Sequence record: LC819008.1
DNA length: 64,000 bases
Reading direction: 5' to 3' (one strand)
How positions within the stretch are numbered: the first letter of the stretch is position 1; each line of letters starts with the position of its first letter. Below, one piece after another: positions 39,965-49,925 of this stretch. The notes beneath the pieces were generated by a model. The model saw only the letters and a list, made by a program, of their open reading frames with translations, ran no database searches and had not been told where the DNA came from. The position numbers and the translations under genes were made by a program.

Positions 39965-42900
39965 ATGGCGTCTAAAAAGAAACGCGGCGGGCGCGATGAT
40001 TTCGATTTCGATAGCGACTTGGACTTTGACATTCCTGACTTCGGGGGCGATAACCCCGAAGCCACGAGTAAGAGTCGTAAACCGATTTCTGTTGGCCTTA
40101 AGTCAGCAGCGGCAGGGTTTGGCAAGACGTTCGCCAATGAGGCACGTCTGCGTAAAACTCTGACGAAATCACTGCCCAAAGAGTACGAAGAACCGATCTC
40201 GAAAGCATTCGAGATCAAAGATGGGTTTCGGGATCTATACAATACCAGTTCGTCCCAAGCCAGCGAAATCGTTCGTGAGACCAAACGTTCAGTCGGGCGG
40301 ATCACGAGAAACCTGGAGTCTGCACTTCCCAAAAAGCTGGCTGAAAAGCTCAAAGCGTGGGGTGACTCTGCTGATTCGGATACCGTAGGTAACCTGTCGA
40401 AAAGCGAAGTAGAGCAAGGCACGATCGATTCGGCCTTTGCATCCATCTTCGCCCAGACTCAGCAGGCTCAGGCTGATAACGAAAAGAAGCGCGACGCACG
40501 TCAGGTCATTCAGGACCAAATCGATCAAAAGCGTCATAAGGACATGACGTCTATCCTGGGGTCGATCGACAACTCGCTTTTGCAGTTGGCGACGTTCCAG
40601 GATAAGATCCAGACCAACTACATGAAGAAGTCGTTGGAACTTCAGTTCCGTTCGTACTTTGTACAGAACGACATGCTGGCGCTTCAGACGAAGTTCTTTG
40701 ACGAATTCAAGAAAGACCTTCAGGCAATCACGAAGAACACGGGGCTTCCTGATTACGTCAAGAAGGCGCCGAAAGAAGCTCTCATGGAGCTCATGCGGCA
40801 AAAGACCTTCGATTCGCTTTCGAATACCATTTCCAAAAAGCGTAACCAGTGGCTCTCCGGCGTTTTCAAGAAAGCGCAGGGTAAGATCTCCGAGACACTC
40901 GGTAACGTCAAGGACGGCCTGGGAATGGTTCTCGATGGGGTTGAAACCGGCTCCAGTATGTATGGTTCCGGCTTCGGTCCGTCGGGTGAAGAACTTGTCG
41001 GCGATCTCGCTGGCGGTTTCGCGGGGAACAAAGCACAAGACTGGTTGGCTAAGAAGATTCGGGCCCAGATGGTCAAGAATCCGAAAGCAGTCAAGTTCGG
41101 GAACAAGGCTAATCAAGTCTTATCAAATCTGCCGCAGTGGATGGGCAATCAGCTGGAGAACGGCAAGTACGCTGACAAGATCCCTGAATGGTTGAAGGAT
41201 ATCCTCAAGCCTGACACAGAGTCCTCTGGCGTCAATCTGAGCCGTGAAGTCGATCTCGATCGTGCAGCACGTTGGTCGGATAAGAATTCGCGTTCTCTGA
41301 ATGTCGTGATTCCGGAACTGCTCTCGAAGATCCATCATGAGCTCTACGTTACCCGCACGGGCGACGTAAGCGCTAAGCCTTTGGCATACGACTACGAAAA
41401 GGGCAAGTTCGTCACATCGAAAGAACGTCAGGCTCAACTGGCGGACACGATTGTTTCGAACCGTACGAAAGAATCGACGAAGCACCAGGTCGACAACATC
41501 TTCAAGGAAATCGATCCGAAGGGTGAGATCGATCCGAAAACTCGTAAGGCGATTGCTGCACGCATTTATGGTGCTAACAAACGCAATGTCTATTTCGACA
41601 AAGATAACATCCTGTCGCATGAAGTACTGGGCGATCACGATGATGCACGTCGCAAGTTCGAAGAGTATCTCGAAAACGACGAGCAGGGCCACAAAGAACG
41701 TCGTCTCACTAACATGTTCGGTCGTGTTGGCGGAGACAACGGTGAAGTCAAGGATGTGATTCAGGATCTCATCGACCAAGGGCGCCATGGCGAACTGGCC
41801 GATATGGGACTGCTGGATCTGAAGACTGGCCGCATCAACATGGAAAAAGTTCGCGAGATGGAACTGAGCCATGTTGGTAAAACTGTGAAGTCTGCAAATG
41901 GTAACATCTTCTCGGGCGGTAACGTCCAGATGTTTGCCAAGGGTGGTGCATTCACGAACAAGATCGTTCGTCGTCCTACCGCTTTCCCGATGAAGGGGGG
42001 AAAGACTGGTATCATGGGCGAAGCAGGTCCCGAAGCGATCATGCCTTTGTCGCGTGACAAGGATGGTCGTCTGGGCGTTAAAGTCCAAAAGGGCAAAACT
42101 GAACAAGCCGTTGAGGAAATCCTCGGCATCCTGAAACGCTTCGAAGCGAAAGGCTTCGGCGGCGGCATGATGGATCCTGAAATGCTCGAAGCTTATCTGT
42201 CTGGCAAGATGGATGATGCCAAGGGTTATTTCGGTAAGGGCGGTGCAGCCCTCAAGAAGCTGGGTCTGGGCGCTGCGGGTTCCATTTGGGGCGGCGCCAA
42301 GAACTCTTATCGTCGCAGCCGCATCATGGCCCGTAAAGCCAAGAAGATGGTTTTCGGCGGTGGCGCTTCCGCTCTTGACTGGCTGGGTAAACAGAAAGAC
42401 AAATTCGATCTGTATATCGGTAACGAAGTCGAGCCTCGTCTGTCAAAGATGAAACTCGAAGCTGGCCGATACGTCGATGCGAAGACCGGTAAGGTCATCG
42501 AGAAGTACGAAGATATCAAAGGCGACATCAAAGATCTTGATACGGATGAGATCGTTCTCAGGGCCACTGAGATCAAGGACGGTATTCTCAAAAACTTCGA
42601 GACGGGTAAGTCGGTGTTGTTGCGGCTGACTGGCTGGGGTAAATCTGCGATCAAGCAAGCATACGAAAAAACCAAAGCGACCATTGCGAAAGCGACGGGT
42701 CTCTCCAAGCTTCTCTCTAGCACGGCTTACAACAGCGTGAAGAAAGCTTATGAATTTTACACGGACGGGCCACAAGACGTGTATCTGAAGGACCAGTATG
42801 AAACACCGGTTCTTCTCAAGCGCATCATGGCGCAAGGATTGTATTTCGATAAAGCAACTCTCGATCCGATCTCGAAGGTGAGTCAGATCAAGGGTCCTGT

Positions 42901-45900
42901 TGTCGATAACGAAGAAAATGTCCTTATCACCAAGGAAGACTTGGCCAATGGTCTGTACGACAAGGAAGGTAAGGAAATCAAGACCGGGTTTGACAAGATT
43001 GCATCCTTCGTAGGTGCATCTATCAAGGGCGCGATTGGAACCTACAAGAAGCTGTTGGGTAAGGGCAAGGACATGGGGATGCGAGCGATGGCTTGGCTCA
43101 AGAATCTCTTTGGCTTTGATTCGCCCTTCACGGTCTTCAGCAGCCGTACAAATGACATTCTGACGGCAATGTACGCCATGCTCAATGACCGCTTGCCTGG
43201 CGAGCGTTCACCTGACCTGGATTCCATGATTGGCAAGGGCTCCACCGGTAGCACGGGGGACACTGTCAAGAAGGCTGGCAAAGCCGCGGGAGCTTTCAAA
43301 GAAGGCTTCATGAAACGCTGGAATAAGGGCAAGGATCAGGCACAGGCTAAAGCCGATGAACTCAAGGCGCGTTTGCCCGGTGATATCGAGAACGCCAAAC
43401 AGAAAGCACGCGACCTCCATGGTCAGGCTTCTGACAAACTGAACGAATGGAAAGACGAGCATTGGGATAAGGCAGAGCAACAGGTTCGTGAAAAGCTTGG
43501 TCGAGGGAAGGACCGAGTTGTAGACGGACTGCATGCTGTTGTCGACACCCTACGCGCACGTCTGCCCGAACAGAAAGCCAAGGTTGAAGGCGATAGCAAT
43601 GGCGATGGTGTTCGCGATGGTTCCATCGATGACCTCCGCGCCAAGCGTGCTAAAGCCAAGGAAGAAAAAGAGAAGGAAAAGAAGGAAGCCGAACAGTCTG
43701 CTGAAAAGGGCAGTACCAAGGGCGCCTGGGCGGCATTGTCCGCATTCTTCAAAAAGAATAAAGGCGAGGACGAAGAGAAGGGTGATCACTCTCTCCTCGA
43801 AGACGCCGAGGATCTCGTAGGCGGCGGTAATGGCGGCAAGGCTGAGAAAGCCGGTAAGGGTCTGAAGAAGGCTAGCCGTTGGGAAAGGATGATGCCTAAG
43901 GGCAAAGGCTTGGGTTCCAAGCTGCTGCGTGGTGGCATGAAAGCAATCGGTGGTATTGGCAAGCTCGGCCTGAAGTTTGGCGGCGCTCTCCTGGGTGGTG
44001 GTTTGCTTAGCGCGGAAACGCTGCTGGGCGGATTGTCGCTCGTGGGTTCTGCTCTGGGCATGACTGCCACTGCAATCGGCGCGATCATTTCGTCTCCAGT
44101 TACCGTTCCGCTCCTGGTAGCTGTTGGTGTTGGTGCCGCAGGGTACTTCGCCTATAAGTGGCTTACCAAGCCGGATCCTCAACCAATCGAAAAGGTACGA
44201 CTCGTGCAGTATGGCTTTAAGGCCAACGACATCGAAGCGTACAAGAAGATGAAAAGCCTGGAGCAACAACTTGCCCCAGCAGTAGTCTTCAAGGGTGAGA
44301 AGGCAGAATTCGATCCCAAGAAAGTTGATCTGAAGCAGGCGATGAAGCTTTACGGCTTGAACCCGGAAAGCAAGGACGATGCGGAGAAGTTCGTATCGTG
44401 GTTCGCTGATCGCTTCCGTCCGGTCTACCTCCAACACAGAGCGTTGATCGTGACATCGAAGTCTCCGAAGCCTCTGGAAGACGTTGACGATAACAAGCCT
44501 GATTTCAAGCAGTCCTATCTGGATCAGTGTTTGTTCCCGGGTGGTCATTACAACGTCACGACCAATCCCTTCAAGGGCAAGGACTATCTGCCTACCGCGC
44601 AGTATTCGGTGGAACAGCAGATCAAGGCCGCGAAGGAAGAAGTCGAGAAAGAAGGCTCCAAGAAACAAGATACCAACAAGGCTGATGCTCCGAAGCCTGC
44701 TGGAGGTGTAGCTGCCGCCGCTCTCGCTAAAAACGAAGCGGATAAGAAAGCACACGAAGCTGATCAAAAGAAGAATGATACGACCTTGACTCCTGCCCAG
44801 AAAGATCCGAGGCATGATTCCGACAAGGTCATGGCGCAAAATCGCCTGGCTGCTGCAACCGTTGGTGCTAACGAGGGCCCCGGAGGCCCCGGCCGTCAAC
44901 CTGGAGATCCGATTACCGGACCTTCTGGCCCTGATGGATCTGCTAAACCGGCAAAGTCCAAACCTGGCGTTAAGCCGATGAGCGGTGCCGCAGCACTGGT
45001 GAAAGAAACACTTCTGAAAGACATGCCGAAGTACGGGATTACTTCCCCGAACCAGCAGGCTGCCCTCCTGGGCAATATCGAACACGAATCCGGTTTCATG
45101 CCGATTTCGGAGAATCTGAATTACAAGCCCACCCAGCTGATGAAGTTGTGGCCTAACCGTTTCCCTGATTCGGGTAAGGCTCAGCAAGTCGCGTCGCAAG
45201 GTCCTCAAGGCATTGCGAACAACATCTACGGCGGTCGGATGGGCAACACGGATACCAACGATGGTTGGGATTATCGTGGCCGCGGCCCTCTCCAGATTAC
45301 TGGTAAGAGTAACTACGCGGCTGTCGGTAAGGCGATGGGTAAAGACATCGTCAATGATCCGGACAAGCTTATCACCGATCCTCAGACCGCAGCTGACTCT
45401 GCTCTGGCCTACTGGAAACTCAACCCTGCGCTCGGTAAGAACGCAGACGCTGGGAACTTCCAGAAAGTTCGACAGATGATCAACGGTGGTGGTATCGGAG
45501 CAGATGACGCAAATGCACGCGTGCAGAGTTATCTGGACAAAATCAAGAATGGCGAACTGCAAGTAGGTGGTTCGTCGTCTGGCCCTGGCGGTACGATCAC
45601 TCCTACGGGAACGGTCGATTCGCCTAAGCCTTCTACAGCTAACGTGGCGTCGAATCCGAATTCGGGTCCGGCACCTGATGCTTACCGACAAGCGTCCAAG
45701 GCTGAACCGACTGCGACGACTCCGTCTCAATTGGTTAGCTCTCCGCGTCCGACGTATGATCCGAGCTCTGGTGGTGGTGCTGCCATGAGTTCGAGCTCCG
45801 CGCCTTCGCAGAACGCTTACGTACAACGCAATACCCAACTGAATGCTGGTGACTCCCTTGACATCATGAAGCAAGGTCTCAAGGAATCGCAAACTCAGAC

Positions 45901-46084
45901 TGGGCTTCTCCAACGCATCGCAGATGGTATCGACAAACTCAACTCCAGGTTCGATAAGAACATGGGCGGGGGTGATAGTCAGGCACCAGCTGCTGGTAGC
46001 GACGAGAAGAGTAACTACGGCAAGCCTCCCGCTCCGATGACGGCGCCGTCATTGGGATTCCGCCGACAACTTGCTAACGTTTAA
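39965..46084 (+). CDS. Tail tape-measure / tail-associated lysin (phiKZ gp181-like) with C-terminal GH19 domain
   Basis: 2039 aa, helical and Lys/Gly-rich, divergent from vRNAP beta'. GH19 motifs 'ALLGNIEHESGF..ISENLNY' and 'YGGRMGN...DGWDYRGRGPLQITGKSNY'. Confidence 0.85.
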   Translation: MASKKKRGGRDDFDFDSDLDFDIPDFGGDNPEATSKSRKPISVGLKSAAAGFGKTFANEARLRKTLTKSLPKEYEEPISKAFEIKDGFRDLYNTSSSQASEIVRETKRSVGRITRNLESALPKKLAEKLKAWGDSADSDTVGNLSKSEVEQGTIDSAFASIFAQTQQAQADNEKKRDARQVIQDQIDQKRHKDMTSILGSIDNSLLQLATFQDKIQTNYMKKSLELQFRSYFVQNDMLALQTKFFDEFKKDLQAITKNTGLPDYVKKAPKEALMELMRQKTFDSLSNTISKKRNQWLSGVFKKAQGKISETLGNVKDGLGMVLDGVETGSSMYGSGFGPSGEELVGDLAGGFAGNKAQDWLAKKIRAQMVKNPKAVKFGNKANQVLSNLPQWMGNQLENGKYADKIPEWLKDILKPDTESSGVNLSREVDLDRAARWSDKNSRSLNVVIPELLSKIHHELYVTRTGDVSAKPLAYDYEKGKFVTSKERQAQLADTIVSNRTKESTKHQVDNIFKEIDPKGEIDPKTRKAIAARIYGANKRNVYFDKDNILSHEVLGDHDDARRKFEEYLENDEQGHKERRLTNMFGRVGGDNGEVKDVIQDLIDQGRHGELADMGLLDLKTGRINMEKVREMELSHVGKTVKSANGNIFSGGNVQMFAKGGAFTNKIVRRPTAFPMKGGKTGIMGEAGPEAIMPLSRDKDGRLGVKVQKGKTEQAVEEILGILKRFEAKGFGGGMMDPEMLEAYLSGKMDDAKGYFGKGGAALKKLGLGAAGSIWGGAKNSYRRSRIMARKAKKMVFGGGASALDWLGKQKDKFDLYIGNEVEPRLSKMKLEAGRYVDAKTGKVIEKYEDIKGDIKDLDTDEIVLRATEIKDGILKNFETGKSVLLRLTGWGKSAIKQAYEKTKATIAKATGLSKLLSSTAYNSVKKAYEFYTDGPQDVYLKDQYETPVLLKRIMAQGLYFDKATLDPISKVSQIKGPVVDNEENVLITKEDLANGLYDKEGKEIKTGFDKIASFVGASIKGAIGTYKKLLGKGKDMGMRAMAWLKNLFGFDSPFTVFSSRTNDILTAMYAMLNDRLPGERSPDLDSMIGKGSTGSTGDTVKKAGKAAGAFKEGFMKRWNKGKDQAQAKADELKARLPGDIENAKQKARDLHGQASDKLNEWKDEHWDKAEQQVREKLGRGKDRVVDGLHAVVDTLRARLPEQKAKVEGDSNGDGVRDGSIDDLRAKRAKAKEEKEKEKKEAEQSAEKGSTKGAWAALSAFFKKNKGEDEEKGDHSLLEDAEDLVGGGNGGKAEKAGKGLKKASRWERMMPKGKGLGSKLLRGGMKAIGGIGKLGLKFGGALLGGGLLSAETLLGGLSLVGSALGMTATAIGAIISSPVTVPLLVAVGVGAAGYFAYKWLTKPDPQPIEKVRLVQYGFKANDIEAYKKMKSLEQQLAPAVVFKGEKAEFDPKKVDLKQAMKLYGLNPESKDDAEKFVSWFADRFRPVYLQHRALIVTSKSPKPLEDVDDNKPDFKQSYLDQCLFPGGHYNVTTNPFKGKDYLPTAQYSVEQQIKAAKEEVEKEGSKKQDTNKADAPKPAGGVAAAALAKNEADKKAHEADQKKNDTTLTPAQKDPRHDSDKVMAQNRLAAATVGANEGPGGPGRQPGDPITGPSGPDGSAKPAKSKPGVKPMSGAAALVKETLLKDMPKYGITSPNQQAALLGNIEHESGFMPISENLNYKPTQLMKLWPNRFPDSGKAQQVASQGPQGIANNIYGGRMGNTDTNDGWDYRGRGPLQITGKSNYAAVGKAMGKDIVNDPDKLITDPQTAADSALAYWKLNPALGKNADAGNFQKVRQMINGGGIGADDANARVQSYLDKIKNGELQVGGSSSGPGGTITPTGTVDSPKPSTANVASNPNSGPAPDAYRQASKAEPTATTPSQLVSSPRPTYDPSSGGGAAMSSSSAPSQNAYVQRNTQLNAGDSLDIMKQGLKESQTQTGLLQRIADGIDKLNSRFDKNMGGGDSQAPAAGSDEKSNYGKPPAPMTAPSLGFRRQLANV

Positions 46085-46091
46085 ACGAAAG

Positions 46092-46125
46092 AATACACAG
46101 GTGGCCGACGGGCCACCTGTGTATT
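46092..46125 (+). terminator. Hairpin after the tape-measure gene
   Basis: 15-bp perfect stem aatacacaggtggcc/ggccacctgtgtatt. Confidence 0.65.
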
Positions 46126-46161
46126 TAATATGATTCGACGTAATTTCTAACAGGAGTAGCG

Positions 46162-48057
46162 ATGGGTGTAACCTCTCGCGACGTACAATGGTTGCGTAAG
46201 TCTTTCCTGCTCGCTACTGATAATCTCGATGATCAGTCGCTGCAAGAGTTCGGCTATACCGACACCATTGCACGTCCTTTCGACACAAGTCCTGGCGGCA
46301 ATGAGGTAATCAACCCTCTGCCCCAATTCACCCGGCATTGCGACATCAAAGTCAAAACGCCACTCATGAACACGTTTGGTATTGGTCGCTGGTACGATGA
46401 GACGTACGGCCAGTACTCGCAGAAAATCTACCTGCGCTTCGGTGTGCCCGAGTTCACCCCGATGTCTCAGTTCTTTACGGGGTTCTACAGCTATGAGGCT
46501 TCCCTTCTGGCCCGCACTGGCCGTGCTTCCGCTGGTATTGCTTATTACCTTGGTCGTGGGGTTGGTCTGGCTGTAACGATCTTCAACATCCCGCTGTTGT
46601 TGACGACCGTTGCTCTTGAAGCTTATCGCTTCTTCACGCAAAAACAAAGCTCGAAGTTTTACTACTTCAAGCCCGCTATGCATCTGTACTGGAATGCGGT
46701 CACTACGCTTGTGAATCACTACTGCGTGAACCGAGGCATCATTCCGCGGATGTTTACGTCTGACCAGAACCAGACGATGGCGGCTGAGAACACATACACG
46801 TCCGATGACCTCAAGCGCTTCGCTCAGGTGCTCGAAGTGTTCGATGAGAACGGCCAGGTCGACATGTACCGTTATGCTTCGTTCGCACAACGCCGCAAGA
46901 AAGCGTTCATGGACAAGCTGAAGGATATGCTCGATGTTTCGAACCTGGACTTCTCGGCATTGCACAACAACTTCCGTTCTGCTCTGAATCAGCAAACACA
47001 GCCCGTACAAGGCCGTGCATTCAAAGAGTACATGGACCTATGGCTCAACAGTCCGGAAGGCAATGCGAACTCATCTAGCGGTTCTACGGATGGCTCCCAA
47101 GGCGAGTCGGTTGCCGACACTCAGGTGAACACGATCGATAAGCCCGATCGCGATGGTCTGTGGAAGCTCCTGCAATCTGAATGGAACGACGGTACGGCTT
47201 TCGTTTGCTTCCGCGTGAATTCCACTGGTGAAGTTTCGGAGTCCTTCTCCAGTTCCACTGCCAAGTCGGAAATCGAAGACAAGATCAACGGTCTCGCCTC
47301 GCAGGCACGTAAGACCAGTTTCAACTTCTCCGGCGGCAACCTGACCGGAGCGTTGAGCGGTGCTCTGGGTGCTGTGGGCGACTTCGTAGGCGGTGTGGCT
47401 GACCAGTTCAACATCTCGGGTCTGGCTGTGTTGGGCGGCGCAGCATTCGTGGATATTCCGGAACACTGGGAATCCTCGACAGCATCTCTGCCTCAACAGT
47501 CGTACACGATCCAGCTGATTGCGCCTTATGGCAATGCACTCAGTCAGTTGTTCAATATGTACATCCCGCTCTTCATGATTCTGGCTGGTGCGCTTCCTCG
47601 CTCCACTGGTAAGCAGTCGTATACGGCTCCGCCTCTCGTGCAGCTGTTCGACAAGGGCAAGCAACAAACACGACTGGGCATCATCGACTCGGTCTCAGTT
47701 CGTCGTGGTACGACCAACCTGCCGTTTAACAAACACATGCAAGCGATGGGTATCGAGGTTACGTTCTCGATCAAGGATCTCTCCTCTATCATGCACATGC
47801 CGATCTCGCAAGGCTTCTCGTTGAATCCGACGAAAGGCATCTTCGACGAAGACACGGTATTCTCGGACTACATGGGCGTGCTGGCTGGTCTCGATCTCGA
47901 TGATCAGATCTACTCGTTCCGTAAGTTCGCTCTGAACATGACTCGTTACGCAACCAACTGGCGTAGCTGGACGTCGTCATCTCACATGGCGTCGTTCCTC
48001 GCTAACGGCACTCCGCTGCGTTTCGTGTCGATGTTCTACAAGGGTATCGATCCATAA
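46162..48057 (+). CDS. Virion structural protein (phiKZ gp182-like, baseplate hub/tail tip candidate)
   Basis: 631 aa following the TMP; 'DTSPGGNEVINPLPQFTRHCDI'; AGGAG RBS. Confidence 0.72.
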   Translation: MGVTSRDVQWLRKSFLLATDNLDDQSLQEFGYTDTIARPFDTSPGGNEVINPLPQFTRHCDIKVKTPLMNTFGIGRWYDETYGQYSQKIYLRFGVPEFTPMSQFFTGFYSYEASLLARTGRASAGIAYYLGRGVGLAVTIFNIPLLLTTVALEAYRFFTQKQSSKFYYFKPAMHLYWNAVTTLVNHYCVNRGIIPRMFTSDQNQTMAAENTYTSDDLKRFAQVLEVFDENGQVDMYRYASFAQRRKKAFMDKLKDMLDVSNLDFSALHNNFRSALNQQTQPVQGRAFKEYMDLWLNSPEGNANSSSGSTDGSQGESVADTQVNTIDKPDRDGLWKLLQSEWNDGTAFVCFRVNSTGEVSESFSSSTAKSEIEDKINGLASQARKTSFNFSGGNLTGALSGALGAVGDFVGGVADQFNISGLAVLGGAAFVDIPEHWESSTASLPQQSYTIQLIAPYGNALSQLFNMYIPLFMILAGALPRSTGKQSYTAPPLVQLFDKGKQQTRLGIIDSVSVRRGTTNLPFNKHMQAMGIEVTFSIKDLSSIMHMPISQGFSLNPTKGIFDEDTVFSDYMGVLAGLDLDDQIYSFRKFALNMTRYATNWRSWTSSSHMASFLANGTPLRFVSMFYKGIDP

Positions 48058-48066
48058 AGCAAAAGC

Positions 48067-48100
48067 CATATACCACCTGGCGCAAGCCAGGTGGTATATG
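48067..48100. terminator. Bidirectional hairpin between convergent genes
   Basis: 15-bp perfect stem catataccacctggc/gccaggtggtatatg with a GCAA loop. Confidence 0.7.
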
Positions 48101-48108
48101 TTCGTCTA

Positions 48109-49311
48109 TTAACCGCCAGGAATGGTGGTGGACTTGCCGGCAATCAGATCATCCAGCCACTGGATGTTGCGAGGAGCACCCAGGTCTTCTTGCGGCGGTT
48201 GAACGCGAGGATCCGTGTCACGCACCACCTGGTTCGAACCAGTCGAAACCGATTGGGGGAAACGCTTCGAGATCTCTTCGTTTACCGACAGAGGCTTGTT
48301 GAACACTTGCAGTGCTGCGTAAGTCTTGTCGATGGAGTTGGTGGAAGTCAAACCACCCGTCGTGAAGATGTTTTTCACTTGAACCGACGCACCCAACAAA
48401 GAAGTCAGGTCACGCAGTGGCGCTGTCGAGCCTTGAGGCTTGAAGTCCGACGTATTCCAGTTCGGATCGACTTTCTGATAGGCGCCCTGATACTGAACGA
48501 ATTGACCGTTCGAACCAGAGATGTCAGAAGGCGTATAAGACGTCTTGTCATTCTTGGCCAGCTGAGACACGGCATTCGGCTGAAGCATGCCGACTGCACC
48601 ATTGCCGATATAATCGGTCATGGCAGCAACAGAAGCCAGATCTCCACGAGCTAAAGCACCAGGCAATGAGCCAGTTGCGACCGTGTAAAGGATCGAACCT
48701 TTGTTTACGAGCGTGGTGGAAGACTGGATGGTGTCAGCAATGACTCCAAAAGCCCCCTGAATGCCCTGTGCGCCTGCCTCTCCGACTAGAGCGGTGAAGA
48801 CACCTCCGAGAGCGCCGTTGGCACTGAGAGCGATTCCGGCCTTCCCAGCCACAGCGTTGATTGTGTTAGCGATCCCGCGAATGTCGGAAAAGTTACCGGT
48901 CTGGACTGCACGAACGATTCCATTGACCGTCGTGTAGACTCGGTTGGCTTCCTTGATCAGGCCAGTGACTTCGTTGACGCCGCTTTTGACAGCAGCAATA
49001 GCCGACTGACTACCCGAGACCACATCGCTTACGAGCGACTTGGCTTTCGAATATTCGTCCGAAAAAGCTGCAGAGATTTTGTCTGTGAGGGATTCAGGAT
49101 TCAATCCCAGTACGCCATCTGTGGCGCTCTTCAGCAGATTGCCTGAAGTGAATTTGCTCAGGAACCCGAACTTGTCGGACAGATCGAATCCGGTCAGATT
49201 CAGATCCTGAAAACTGTTAACGACCGAGGAGTCTGTCTTTTTGTAGACGTCCTCGACTACGGTTTTCTCGTCCGGTGTCCGGCTTAGAATACTGGAAGCT
49301 AAGGTCGGCAT
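48109..49311 (-). CDS. Putative virion structural protein (Ala/Gly/Ser-rich)
   Basis: 400 aa with composition typical of tail/baseplate proteins; synteny agrees. Confidence 0.6.
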   Translation of the reverse strand: MPTLASSILSRTPDEKTVVEDVYKKTDSSVVNSFQDLNLTGFDLSDKFGFLSKFTSGNLLKSATDGVLGLNPESLTDKISAAFSDEYSKAKSLVSDVVSGSQSAIAAVKSGVNEVTGLIKEANRVYTTVNGIVRAVQTGNFSDIRGIANTINAVAGKAGIALSANGALGGVFTALVGEAGAQGIQGAFGVIADTIQSSTTLVNKGSILYTVATGSLPGALARGDLASVAAMTDYIGNGAVGMLQPNAVSQLAKNDKTSYTPSDISGSNGQFVQYQGAYQKVDPNWNTSDFKPQGSTAPLRDLTSLLGASVQVKNIFTTGGLTSTNSIDKTYAALQVFNKPLSVNEEISKRFPQSVSTGSNQVVRDTDPRVQPPQEDLGAPRNIQWLDDLIAGKSTTIPGG

Positions 49312-49354
49312 TTTTTCACCAGAAAAAAATATAGGTCACAACATAAGCAGATTC

Positions 49355-49386
49355 CTGACAGTGTAGCCCGAAGGCTACACTGTCAG
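49355..49386 (-). terminator. Hairpin
   Basis: 14-bp stem ctgacagtgtagcc/ggctacactgtcag, with a UUCG loop on the minus strand. Confidence 0.65.
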
Positions 49387-49397
49387 TATCCATAGAA

Positions 49398-49925
49398 TTA
49401 CTTCTCCTGAATCAGCGTAAAGTTCATGTCCCGGAAGTTCACAAACTCGTGAGGTTTCTCACCGCGAAGGATATCGCGCACGTCATTCAGAACGCCAATG
49501 TACAGACTGCTGTGACTCGGACGAATCGGAAGACGGTCCGGGCCTTGCAGGTAATAATGATCGAAAGGCAAATCATTTTCGACCATCATCTGTGCATAAT
49601 GGCTATTCGTTTGCAACTTGAGAATGGTTGCATCGAGGATCAGTTCACGAAACTTATCGCACGAGTATTTCGGCGACAGTCGCATGAAATTGATTGCTTG
49701 ATGCGGCTCCATATTTCGAATTGCATCACGTGTGCCGCCGGTGTTCAGGTAGCAGAACATGTTCTGCACGGTCCGGAAATGCCCGAGCAGAGGATGGTGG
49801 ATTGGCTCACCAACGTTGTACGACAATGCAAGCAGACGACCGAGCTTGGTCTTCGCCTTCATTTGCGTGTTGATGTGTGTGTAACCATCTTCATGCGGAT
49901 TGGGACGAACAGTCAAGTCACTCAT
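49398..49925 (-). CDS. Hypothetical protein, possibly NADAR-like
   Basis: 'DGYTHIN...AKTKLGRLL...HPLLGHFRTVQNMFCYL' resembles jumbo-phage NADAR-like N-termini. ATG 49925 has a GGAG RBS. Confidence 0.45.
   Translation of the reverse strand: MSDLTVRPNPHEDGYTHINTQMKAKTKLGRLLALSYNVGEPIHHPLLGHFRTVQNMFCYLNTGGTRDAIRNMEPHQAINFMRLSPKYSCDKFRELILDATILKLQTNSHYAQMMVENDLPFDHYYLQGPDRLPIRPSHSSLYIGVLNDVRDILRGEKPHEFVNFRDMNFTLIQEK

Noticed and set aside
43550-45913. 787-aa antisense ORF opposite the tape-measure gene
   Set aside because: It is a shadow ORF: the phage codon bias leaves few stops in the antisense frame, the product has no motifs, and it lies entirely within a convincing gene.
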